A stretch of 63,593 nt of DNA, counting the filler, from Reclinomonas americana ATCC 50394 (Eukaryota): NCBI GenBank assembly GCA_048213135.1. It is 24 parts of 24 records of this genome, joined end to end, with 100 filler letters (N's around TTAATTAATTAA, not from the genome) between each part and the next. Parts side by side here need not be neighbours in the genome. Positions count along the whole stretch, not along the records: positions 1 to 2,696 come from AFZH01022889.1; positions 2,797 to 5,144 come from AFZH01022890.1; positions 5,245 to 6,462 come from AFZH01022891.1; positions 6,563 to 13,870 come from AFZH01022893.1; 20 more parts are not named here. One strand, 5' to 3'. Each line of letters starts with the position of its first letter. Positions within the stretch are counted from its first letter, which is position 1. Below are positions 1 through 9,266 of the stretch, piece after piece. The notes beneath the pieces were generated by a model that had not been told where the DNA came from, did no database searches, and saw only the letters and a list, made by a program, of their open reading frames with translations. The position numbers were made by a program, and so were the translations under genes.

Positions 1-1603
1 GTCACACATTGCGCGGATGGAGAGGGAGCAGCGATCGGAGTTGCAGAACTATCACTTGGAGTTGGTGTACAAGTTGGAGGCCATTGAGGCCAAGGTGCGA
101 GAGACAACACGAGGCCGTGTCAGAGTGTAGTGTCGTTCTCGTGAGTGCTGATGTGACTGGTGTTCACAGTTGGCTGAGCAAGAGAAGGAGCACCAGCGCC
201 AGCTGAGTGCCATGAAGGTGCGCAACGATGAGCGCGTGGCCAATGCCGTGCGACGAGTTGCGTCCCCCACCATTCTCCCCGCGTCTTTTCGCTCTCGTGA
301 CCAACACAGTGCGTGCAGGTGCGAGAAGACATGCAGCAAGATAATGAGCGCGAGTTCAAGGCGCTGCGCACAGAGAAGCAATGTCTGCACGCGGAGGTGC
401 GTCGTCGCGCGACTCGTGTTCGCCATGTGTGCCTGGGTTGACCATTAATGTTGCAGCTTCGTCGCGCCAACGACCTCGCTGCGCAACTGGATCGCACTGT
501 GCGCGCCCAGCAGGATCGCATCGAACGGCTCACGTCGCGTCTGTCTGGACTGGCCTCGCTGCCGCCGTCAGAGCCGGTCACCGCGCGCTCCTCGAGTGCG
601 GTGCACCTCAATCGCTCGTCGCCGATGCGCACACCGTCGCCTGGTCTGTCGGCGAGGAGTCTGACCGACATTGACATTGTGGGCTTGAATGCAAGCAAAG
701 TACGCGAGGAGACTGAGGTGCGTGAGGGGCACGAGAGGGAGAGAAAGAGAGAGTCGTGTGTACTTACCGCGGGTGTGTCTCTTTTTTCGACCGTGCAGCA
801 AGAAATGGTGCCTGCAGTTGCGTCTCTCGTTCTTCCCAAGTTCTTCCGCTCCCCCGACCGCCGCCCTCACTCCCGCCTGCTTGTTTGTGTGCGCAGAAAC
901 TGCTGGATCGTGTGCAATCAGAGTTGACATATATGCGCGAGCTGGTGGCGGAGAAGAGTGCTGAGCTGCAGAAATCCGACGAGCAGATGAAGAGACTGAG
1001 GCGGCACAGCTCGGTACTGACGCACGCCAAGAAGGTGTGCACACAGATCTTCGCTCTCTCACTATCCCTGTTCCGCACCGTTGCTGACCCAAGGCGTGAG
1101 CAGACGGACGAGCAGCGGAAAAAGTCTGCAATTCGTGAGCTGGAGGCGCACTTCCAGGCCGAAACCTCCGAGGTCTTGCACTCACCCCTCTCGCCGCGCG
1201 TCCGCTTCTGCTACTCACCTCGCGCGGTGTGCAGATGGCCCAAAAGGAGATTCGATACCGACAAGTGCTGCAGGGCAAGCAGCGCGAAATCGAGCGACTG
1301 AAGCGCGAACTGGCCAAGTATGCGCCACCGTCCGACGACAACCCACAGAACAGTGGGCGAAGCAGCTCCACGAAACGCGTGGAGGTGTGTGCGGTGTGTG
1401 TTGTGCTCTGCTTGTCTTACCCCTCCACCAGCCATGCGGATCGTCGTTGCTCACTGTCACTCGCCTTCTGCGCAGCCATCACGTGCGCGCCCGAGTTCAC
1501 GAACATCGCGGTAGGAACAACAAAAAAACACAGGAAAGCAAAAACACTACCAGCGATGAACGAACAAAAGTCAGTAGTAAACGAGCTACACCATGTTTGG
1601 TAA
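1..1603 (+). CDS. Eukaryotic multi-exon coiled-coil protein, 5' partial, function unknown
   Basis: Coiled-coil-like exon peptides (AEQEKEHQRQLSAMKVRNDERV; LRRANDLAAQLDRTVRAQQDRIERL; AQKEIRYRQVLQGKQREIERLKREL) separated by short GT..AG segments; boundaries approximate. Confidence 0.5.
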
Positions 1604-1695
1604 CGCAGATGTGAGCGCGTGTGTCTCGTTCTTGCAATACTAGTACAACACGATTCATTTCTTGGTCTACTAACAAGGCTTGTGTGTCATGCGTC

Positions 1696-2647
1696 TCATG
1701 GTATCTTCTCGCCTGCGATCTCGCGTAACCGCTGCAACTCCTTGCTCTTGATGCCCCACGAGAGAGCATACTTGGCGATGAAGTCCTGATCGAGACGAGC
1801 CTCGTCCCACTGCGGCACACGATCCGGCGGCCGCTTGAAGAGCATCGTGTCACCTCCGATGCTCTGGAACACAAACAGCATGTCCTCCAGCGAGGAGCAG
1901 GCCAGCAGGTCGGCTGCAGTCATTCGACATTAAAATGAGTAAACGCGAACCAACAAGGAATTTGGGATCGCGCATCCGACCAACCTTCAAACTTCTTCAT
2001 CAGGCCGAGTGCCACCATGAAGAGGAACTTGCTGCCTTCGTAGATGCACCACGGCCAAAAGTGCTCCAGTGAGGCCACGGGGAATGTGGCTGTGAAGCAC
2101 GTCATGAACCACGGGTAGCTGAACATGTCGGTGCACACGCCACAGTGTAGCATGCGCTCGTACACGCGCGGCATCTTTTGTCGAATGAGCTCCATGAAGA
2201 CCATCACGTCGATACGCACGCCACGCAAAGTTGGCGTGAAGTACTCGGGGAAGTAGACATCGATGAGGCGCACGAGCATCCAGAACGCCTCCTCCGGCGA
2301 GAAGCCAGTGATCAAAAAGTACGCCACAATGCCACTCATGCCCTGGCAGTAGCCGACGCGCTGATTGAAGACGTAGTAGGCCTCGAGAACGTGTTGCAGG
2401 TCACTGATACAACCAACAAGTGAGACGAGCGAGACAAGAGAAACTAGTGTGCCACGCGAGAGAGACGCAACTCGAAGCGATCGGGTTCCAGTTCACCCGG
2501 CAGCGTGCGGTGCAGGTCCTTGAAAATCTGATCTCGTCCAACCTTGTCTACCTCGGCATCGACTCGACCCAGCAGTTGCTGATACAGCTCCGGTTGCGCA
2601 TTGCGTGCCCGGTCAGCACCACAAAAGGCCATCAACACGCGCTGCAC
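1696..2647 (-). CDS. TBC-domain Rab GTPase-activating protein, multi-exon, 5' partial
   Basis: TBC motifs QIFKDLHRTLP, GYCQGMSGIVAYFL, EEAFWMLVRL and WFMTCF across exons. Confidence 0.85.
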
Positions 2648-2696
2648 GGGAGAAGGAGGAGGAGGAGTGAGCAGGGAGGCTGACGGCAGTGAGCTC

Positions 2697-2796
2697 NNNN
2701 NNNNNNNNNNNNNNNNNNNNNNNNNNNNNNNNNNNNNNNNTTAATTAATTAANNNNNNNNNNNNNNNNNNNNNNNNNNNNNNNNNNNNNNNNNNNN
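2697..2796. other. Artificial contig linker N44-TTAATTAATTAA-N44 (first of 23; others start at 5145, 6463, 13871, 17765, 21890, 22998, 27070, 32988, 34390, 36823, 39674, 41791, 43420, 44816, 46053, 48386, 51051, 52401, 56268, 58773, 61121, 62420)
   Basis: Identical 100-bp unit with stops in all frames; base composition and gene style change abruptly across several of them. Confidence 0.99.
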
Positions 2797-2798
2797 GT

Positions 2799-3278
2799 AA
2801 TTATAATAATTTAACATCATTACCTACATTACCTTCTACATTAAAAGTATTAATTTGTTGTCGTAATGAATTAACATCATTACCTAATTTACCTTCTTCA
2901 CTAGAAGATCTAGATGTCTCCGGTAACAAAATAGAATTATTACCAACATTACCTTCTTCGTTAAAATCTTTAGATATTTGTGATAATAGAATAACATCTT
3001 TATCTTCATTACCTATTAACTTAGAATATTGTGATTTATGTATGAACCTATTAAAGTCACTACCAGATAATCTAATAACTCTTACTAACTTAGAATACAT
3101 CGATATCACAGAAAATGAAATAGAATTAACTATACAACAAACAAGATTTATTAACAGGATTAAACAAAAGAATATGAAAAATTCAGTCTATAAAGATACC
3201 CAAAACGTCCACAGCTCAGCATTACAACAAAGCTTAATAACATCAATAAATAATCTTATGAAAAATAATGTTGTGTAA
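2799..3278 (+). CDS. LRR protein (IpaH/SspH-type 20-aa repeats), variant A, 5' partial
   Basis: Frame open from the contig start: NLTSLPTLPSTLKVLICCRNELTSLPNLPSSLEDLDVSGNK..., ending SVYKDTQNVHSSALQQSLITSINNLMK. Confidence 0.85.
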   Translation, partial: NYNNLTSLPTLPSTLKVLICCRNELTSLPNLPSSLEDLDVSGNKIELLPTLPSSLKSLDICDNRITSLSSLPINLEYCDLCMNLLKSLPDNLITLTNLEYIDITENEIELTIQQTRFINRIKQKNMKNSVYKDTQNVHSSALQQSLITSINNLMKNNVV

Positions 3279-3285
3279 TTATATA

Positions 3286-3531
3286 ATGGTTAAATATACT
3301 GTATTTAAATCAAAGAGAAAGAATAAAAAATATGATGTTTATGCTGATGGGAAATATCTTTTATCATACGGCGACTCTCGTTACAAGCACTATAAAGACC
3401 TTCTGGGAGCATATAGTCATCTAGATCATAATGATAAAGAAAGAAGAAGATTATATAGAGAAAGACATAAACATGATCATATTGATGATCCAAACTACGC
3501 TGGTTACTGGAGTTATAATTTTCTTTGGTGA
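3286..3531 (+). CDS. Tlr6F-like (DUF5754-like) protein, variant A
   Basis: KxKKYxV...S(Y/F)G...Y.HY.D...DHxDxxRRxxYRxRH...YW...LW pattern of the Tlr6F family seen in PLVs, virophages and NCLDVs. Confidence 0.8.
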   Translation: MVKYTVFKSKRKNKKYDVYADGKYLLSYGDSRYKHYKDLLGAYSHLDHNDKERRRLYRERHKHDHIDDPNYAGYWSYNFLW

Positions 3532-3601
3532 CTGTTTCACTTTTTATTAAATATAAATTTAACGCGTAAATTTACAATATTATTTTATATTATAAATATA
3601 T

Positions 3602-3757
3602 ATGCCAAGCGTCTCAGCAAAACAATTACAATTTTTCAAACAGGTATATAAATATAAGAAAGGTGTATTACATAATGTTTCAGATAAAGTCAAGCAAACA
3701 GCTAATTCATTAACCATGAAACAAATAGAAGATTACCTTGTATTGAAACAGAAATAA
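3602..3757 (+). CDS. Small basic protein, 51 aa, DUF3008-like
   Basis: Own translation MPSVSAKQLQFFKQVYKYKKGVLHNVSDKVKQTANSLTMKQIEDYLVLKQK; 5' part identical in variant B (6400-6462). Confidence 0.6.
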   Translation: MPSVSAKQLQFFKQVYKYKKGVLHNVSDKVKQTANSLTMKQIEDYLVLKQK

Positions 3758-3781
3758 TTTATTTTTAGTAGAACTTTAGTC

Positions 3782-3810
3782 ATTTAAATAATCATGTAGG
3801 TTATTTAAAT
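3782..3810. terminator. Hairpin between convergent viral genes
   Basis: ATTTAAATAA-tcatgtagg-TTATTTAAAT, a perfect 10-bp stem, between the stops at 3757 (+) and 3878 (-). Confidence 0.5.
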
Positions 3811-3877
3811 CTATTCTAGAAATCAAAAACATTCAAGCTTAACTCAACTGTGTTATCATTCAATTGTTTAACTTTGT

Positions 3878-4060
3878 TTATCTTTGTTTTTTCTTTTTCT
3901 TATACATATGTGATTCGTCAGTACATGGATCTATAAAGTTATCCATATTCATCACATTGTATATTATTTCTTTTGCCTCTTGTATTTTGGAAATTGCAAC
4001 TTTCAATTCCTTATGTACTTTGATTAATTCTCTCAACCACTGATCTAATTTAGTTTCCAT
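3878..4060 (-). CDS. Small hypothetical viral protein (coiled coil, basic tail)
   Basis: 60-aa ORF with ATG preceded by TAGTAT, similar to other viral starts. Confidence 0.55.
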   Translation of the reverse strand: METKLDQWLRELIKVHKELKVAISKIQEAKEIIYNVMNMDNFIDPCTDESHMYKKKKKQR

Positions 4061-4188
4061 ATACTATAATGCAACATTTTTTTACTCTCATCAATCTTGA
4101 CATCAATAACCTTTACATCACAGCATGAACTACAGGTTGATTTACATTTTAAATTCTTGAAGAATACTTTTATTTTATTCCAGAACAT
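4045..4188 (-). CDS. Small Cys-rich viral protein (amphipathic N-terminus, CKSTCSSCC)
   Basis: Own translation MFWNKIKVFFKNLKCKSTCSSCCDVKVIDVKIDESKK...; 3' end uncertain because of an A7 run. Confidence 0.45.
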   Translation of the reverse strand: MFWNKIKVFFKNLKCKSTCSSCCDVKVIDVKIDESKKMLHYSIWKLN

Positions 4189-4209
4189 CTTTATACTATT
4201 ATGTAGAAA

Positions 4210-5144
4210 TTAATTATAAATCCAAATATCTACATTCATACCTACCCAGTCAGTTAAATTACCATTATTACTCGTGACTATTTGCACTTGATAATTTGTG
4301 CCAGTCTCAACAACTGAATAATCAGTAGCATTAAAATTACCAGTTGTTTGAGTGCATGTAACTGTTAATTGTGGAACAGTGCTATTAGCTCCCCAGAATA
4401 AGGTTCCGCTACCATCTTGAATATTGTATCTCCCTGTTGCATTTCTCCACACGCCTAATTGACTACTTGATGGCGATGATGATTCAATAACATTCAAAGC
4501 AGTGCCAGAATCATATCGTCTAACAAAACCCGATATTAATGACCCAGACACAAATCTAAATCTAATAAATCCTTTCCATGATGGCGCAGTAAAACCACCA
4601 CCAGAAGCCCAACTATATGACCCTGATGTATACGTTAAAACGCCGTTACTTGGTGTTGTTCCCGCTATTGATGTTAATATACTATTCAATGGTTGTTTCT
4701 CTGAATCTAGTTCATTAATGGCATTTTGTACAGTAACGGCTGATATATTTCCAGCTGGTACATTAGTGACTTGTGATGCTGTATAATCGCCACTAGCACT
4801 AGTTATATTTCCGATTCTATTAAAAACAGTCCTTACAGCATCAGTGTTATCTACTTTGTCATAACCTTGAACACCATTAGATATGCACCAATCACCAACA
4901 CTAAAAGATATACCGAATTGTGTTCCTCCATTAGTGACAATCCAGTAATACCCCATATTAGAACTTCCAGCGGTTGGTAATGCTGGGGAATCATTTTGTG
5001 CATCCCATGTTCCTTGATATTTGACATTACCAAGTAAACTATCATTAATTTGAGACAATGGGACTTTGGCATTACTGTCTAACGTGGCATATCCATTAGC
5101 AATTGCTTTCTGTGCTGTAACAGTATTATAAATTGCTGATGTAA
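4210..5144 (-). CDS. Fibre / receptor-binding protein with phage tail-fibre-like motifs, 5' partial
   Basis: Frame extends upstream of the tracked ORF (ANGYATLDSNAKVPLSQI); YQGTWDAQNDSPAL..GYYWIV..VGDW..KVDNTDAVRTVFNRIGNIT and VQNAINELDSEK. Confidence 0.7.
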
Positions 5145-5254
5145 NNNNNNNNNNNNNNNNNNNNNNNNNNNNNNNNNNNNNNNNNNNNTTAATTAATTAA
5201 NNNNNNNNNNNNNNNNNNNNNNNNNNNNNNNNNNNNNNNNNNNNAGATGGGAAG

Positions 5255-5284
5255 GGCTTAAAGAAAATATGAAAATGGCTTAAA
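5255..5284 (+). promoter_or_regulatory. Tandem GGCTTAAA motif upstream of the LRR gene (putative early promoter)
   Basis: gggcttaaagaaaatatgaaaatggcttaaacata; closely matches the minus-strand sequence upstream of 14821. Confidence 0.6.
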
Positions 5285-5309
5285 CATAAGGATATATATA
5301 TTTGTATAA

Positions 5310-6065
5310 ATGGCTTACTACTTTGTTGCTGGAAATGAAACTCAAAAATATGTTGATACCATTGAAGAATTAATTAAATTATACGATGATAATATCATAG
5401 AGAAGATTTATATAGATGTAAACTTAGGTGAATTACCGAAATTACCTAATAGTTTAAAGGAATTATGGTGTAATCATATACGTTTATTATCATTACCAGA
5501 TAATCTACCCCCATCTCTTGAAATCTTAAGTTGTGATAACAATAAATTAAAATCATTACCAAAATTACCTTCTTCTTTAAAAGAATTACATTGTGCAAAT
5601 AATAAATTAACATCATTACCTGATTTACCTATTCATCTTGAAATATTGGGTTGTCAATATAATAAATTAACATCACTTCCAAATTTACCTTCTTCTTTAA
5701 AAACATTAAGGTGTTGTGAAAATAAATTAACATCACTACCTAATTTACCATCTTCTATAAAAAATATATCATGCACATGTAATAAATTAGCGTCACTACC
5801 AAAATTGCCATCTTCTCTTGAATATTTTACACTTTATAAAAATAAATTGACATCATTACCAACTGATCTGATAACACTAAATAATCTATATTACATTAAC
5901 TATTCAAATAACGAAATTGAATTAACTATACAACAAATAAGATTTTTAGATAGACTTGAACAAAGGAATTCAAATAATTCAGTTTACAAAGATACCCAAA
6001 ACGTCCACAGTTCAGCATTACAACAAAGTCTAATAACATCAATAAATAATCTTATGAAAATATAA
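5310..6065 (+). CDS. LRR protein (IpaH/SspH-type repeats), variant B, 251 aa
   Basis: About 8 LxxLPxLPxxLxxLxCxxNx repeats; C-terminal SVYKDTQNVHSSALQQSLITSINNLMK shared with variant A. Confidence 0.9.
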   Translation: MAYYFVAGNETQKYVDTIEELIKLYDDNIIEKIYIDVNLGELPKLPNSLKELWCNHIRLLSLPDNLPPSLEILSCDNNKLKSLPKLPSSLKELHCANNKLTSLPDLPIHLEILGCQYNKLTSLPNLPSSLKTLRCCENKLTSLPNLPSSIKNISCTCNKLASLPKLPSSLEYFTLYKNKLTSLPTDLITLNNLYYINYSNNEIELTIQQIRFLDRLEQRNSNNSVYKDTQNVHSSALQQSLITSINNLMKI

Positions 6066-6082
6066 TGTTGTGTAATTATATA

Positions 6083-6328
6083 ATGGTTAAATATACTGTA
6101 TTTAAATCAAAGAGAAAGAATAAGAAGTATGATGTATATAAAGATGATAAATATCTTTTGAGCTTTGGTAGCCTACCATACCAACATTACCATGATAAGT
6201 TTGGCTTATATTCTAACCTCGATCATAATGATAAGAATAGAAGAAGATTATATAGACTTAGACATCAACACGATAATTATAATGATCCTAATTATCCTTC
6301 ATACTGGGCATGGTGGTATTTATGGTGA
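6083..6328 (+). CDS. Tlr6F-like (DUF5754-like) protein, variant B
   Basis: Paralogue of 3286-3531 (24 of 81 residues differ by manual alignment). Confidence 0.8.
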   Translation: MVKYTVFKSKRKNKKYDVYKDDKYLLSFGSLPYQHYHDKFGLYSNLDHNDKNRRRLYRLRHQHDNYNDPNYPSYWAWWYLW

Positions 6329-6562
6329 CTGTTTCACTTTTAAAATAAATATATATTTAGCGCGTAAATTTACAATATTATTTTATATTATAAACATATA
6401 TGCCAAGCGTCTCAGCAAAACAATTACAATTTTTCAAACAGGTATATAAATATAAGAAAGGTNNNNNNNNNNNNNNNNNNNNNNNNNNNNNNNNNNNNNN
6501 NNNNNNTTAATTAATTAANNNNNNNNNNNNNNNNNNNNNNNNNNNNNNNNNNNNNNNNNNNN

Positions 6563-7797
6563 CTACCACTTGGAATCGATGGAAAGGTAGCAAGGGATAA
6601 GTCACCACGAAAGTATTGTGATGTTGTTCCAGTTGTTATTGTATTTTGTTTTCCACTTTGTAAACTAGAAATATTACTATTTGCCGTACTGATTTGGCCC
6701 TGTAACGTTGTTATGTTGCTATTGGCGGTTGCTATGCTTGATGTGTTTGATGATATATTACTATTTGCCGTACTCATTTGAGTTTGTAATGTAGAGGTTG
6801 ATGATGCTATTGAATTCAAACTATTATTACTAGTTCCATAGTTACTAACAACATCATTTTGACAATGTATATAACCTGAACCAGTGTAATTAATAGCACT
6901 AACATTTCCTTCATACACACTTAAAGACCCACAATTAACCTCATTACAATCAAGAATATCACATTGAATATTTCCAGATGACTCAATACTAGTAGCATAA
7001 ACTTTTGCCAAATGTGAATCTCCTTCATCATTTGTGGCTATAGTTATATCACCATATAATCCAGACAAATGAATTGATTTTGCATCAATATCTCCAGAAG
7101 AATTAACAACAAAGTCACCATTAGTTAATTCATTATCTTCAGTAGTATAAAGTGGTACCCAAACACCTAATCTTTTCACATAAATATCTTCAAAACTAGC
7201 TTCATTACCGCTAATATTATGGCATGCTATATCGTCACAAGTGATATCATTACAAGATAAACCTTCACTAAAATTTCCTGAAACAGCTGTTACAGAAGAT
7301 AAAGATGTAATAGAACCTGATTGTAATGATCCCACATTTTGAATATTTCCTGTAGCGCCAATGAGACCAATTGATACTGTTTTAGGGTCTTCTTGATCAT
7401 ACAATCTAATACTTTCACCATAGACATCACCTGTGAATGTACCACCACTCTTGTTCATTTTATTGTTTTGTAAATTTGTTATGTTAGTATTAGCGGTTGA
7501 CATTTGTGTATTTAAAGTATTAACACTCGATGCAACAGTATTCAAGCTATTATTTGTTGATCCAAAATTGCTTACCACATCGCCAGTGGCATGTACAAAT
7601 CCAGTAACGGAATAGTCAACACGTTCATTGATCACCTCTAAATCGGCATAAATAGTTTGAACATACAAGTCTCCATTAACATGAACATCTTTATCAAAGG
7701 TCATTTCAGGATCACAAGTCAAACCATTCTCATCACCTTTTATATATGTTGAGAGATTACGATTTGCGTTTTGGATGTTATTTGAATTAATTGACAT
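6563..7797 (-). CDS. Fibre-like protein (beta-rich segments plus coiled coil), 3' partial
   Basis: Internal duplication DVVSN(F/Y)G..NNSLN..ASS...L.TQMSTAN.NI; heptad N/S/T-rich stalk; KMNKSGGTFTGDV and KQNTITTGTTSQYFRGD motifs. Confidence 0.65.
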
Positions 7798-7851
7798 TAT
7801 TATACTATTGAATAATATAATAATTTATGAAAAATTAAACTATGTATTTTT

Positions 7852-9246
7852 CTATTTAAGTACCTTGGCTTTTGTACGAGAGAATGCAATAATGCGGTTT
7901 GAGTGTTGAATCAAATAGCAATTGGCTTGACCAGCGCTTGGATTAGCACCACCGTTTAAACCATTGTAATAAATATCAAGTTGTAAATTACCAATCAGCT
8001 TAACGCCACCAACAAGCTCTTTGGACACAGTATCTAAATTTGCTACCATATTAAATGAACCTAACAATGGATCGTTATAAGCAGGATATGAATAAGTATT
8101 ATGTGTGGCTATATAATCAGGAGTATTAAAAACACTGACTGACAACGGTGACATGTCATTACAATCATTATTAATTTGATTATATGCAGATACAAGATCC
8201 TGACTCATAGAGTAAGCCAAATTGTAGGGAGCAACTGTAATAGGGTTTTGACTTACATTTTTACCATCAACCCTATATTGATATTGATAAATAGAAGGAT
8301 TGACTGTAGTCATTGTTTTATATCCTTGAGCTCCAGTAGGATCAGAACTCAATATAGCTTCTAACAAACGACATGAGCTAGACACGCTATGAAATACAAA
8401 AGTCTTTGTGCCAGCTTGTGTAAAATCCCATGTTTGAGAATCCACCTTAATATCTTCCACAGGAATTAACATCATTTCCTCTTCATTATTATCAGCCATT
8501 TCAAGTTTAGCTTTAATAGCTCTATTGATGTCAGGATCAACATAAACAACAGGAATATAGAGTAAAAGATTGCTAATTGAGCATGAATTTTGTGGGAAAT
8601 TACCTCCATTAATCACAGCACCATCCCCAGTACCACCAACACCACCAATAAAGTTATTCTGATTGTTAAGATATAATTCAATATAAATATCTACATCTTC
8701 GAGTGGGATTGCATGGTCCTTGTTATTCAAAATGCTGTAATTATCAGGTAAAGGAAGAACATAAGTTTGAGAATTACCAACAGTTGTAGGGCATGGCGCA
8801 AAAGTCACAGCACCAGCTGTTTGAGTTACACCACCGAATAAGAATTGCCCACCATCACTATTTAACCATTGACAATTTTTCTTTTTCAACCATTCGGCAT
8901 ATGTATGATTAAAGTATAAATTATTATGAACCTCAACACCATTGAGAAGAATACGCATTTGTTTAAATACGGCGTATGGTTCACATTTAAATCTCTGATT
9001 ATCATCTTCACATTGTGGAACATTTAATGTAAATACTAAGAAAGGACCAGTTTGGCCTTTAGATCTAGCGAGATATCCACCTCCGTATTTTGGCAATCTA
9101 ATACGATAAACGTTTGATGTATTGAGTGGTAATGATTGTGTATTGTCAGGGGGGACCATGACAAAATTTGCACCAGAAACACTAGATTTCATTGGCAATT
9201 TTTGTTTAAGAATGTCATCGATTTCTTGAACTAATATTTGATCCAT
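7852..9246 (-). CDS. Major capsid protein, double jelly-roll, PLV type (464 aa)
   Basis: YRIRLP..GYL..FLVFTL, AVFKQMRILLNGVEV..YFN, IPL..IYIELYL, ISNLLL..VY and C-terminal FNMVANLD..GG..L pattern; clustered with ATPase and penton. Confidence 0.8.
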   Translation of the reverse strand: MDQILVQEIDDILKQKLPMKSSVSGANFVMVPPDNTQSLPLNTSNVYRIRLPKYGGGYLARSKGQTGPFLVFTLNVPQCEDDNQRFKCEPYAVFKQMRILLNGVEVHNNLYFNHTYAEWLKKKNCQWLNSDGGQFLFGGVTQTAGAVTFAPCPTTVGNSQTYVLPLPDNYSILNNKDHAIPLEDVDIYIELYLNNQNNFIGGVGGTGDGAVINGGNFPQNSCSISNLLLYIPVVYVDPDINRAIKAKLEMADNNEEEMMLIPVEDIKVDSQTWDFTQAGTKTFVFHSVSSSCRLLEAILSSDPTGAQGYKTMTTVNPSIYQYQYRVDGKNVSQNPITVAPYNLAYSMSQDLVSAYNQINNDCNDMSPLSVSVFNTPDYIATHNTYSYPAYNDPLLGSFNMVANLDTVSKELVGGVKLIGNLQLDIYYNGLNGGANPSAGQANCYLIQHSNRIIAFSRTKAKVLK

Positions 9247-9266
9247 ATATAATAGAATTAAGATAA

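Noticed and set aside
2741..2752. Recurrent TTAATTAATTAA as a biological repeat or CRISPR-like array
   Set aside because: Always embedded in N44 flanks: an assembly linker. ORFs ending in X..LIN are artefacts of it.
2801..3109. Minus-strand 102-aa repeat ORF
   Set aside because: Antisense of the LRR gene.
7852..9246. Calling the element a canonical virophage (Lavidaviridae)
   Set aside because: The MCP is shorter and PLV-like and no maturation protease is seen; a phylogeny is needed.
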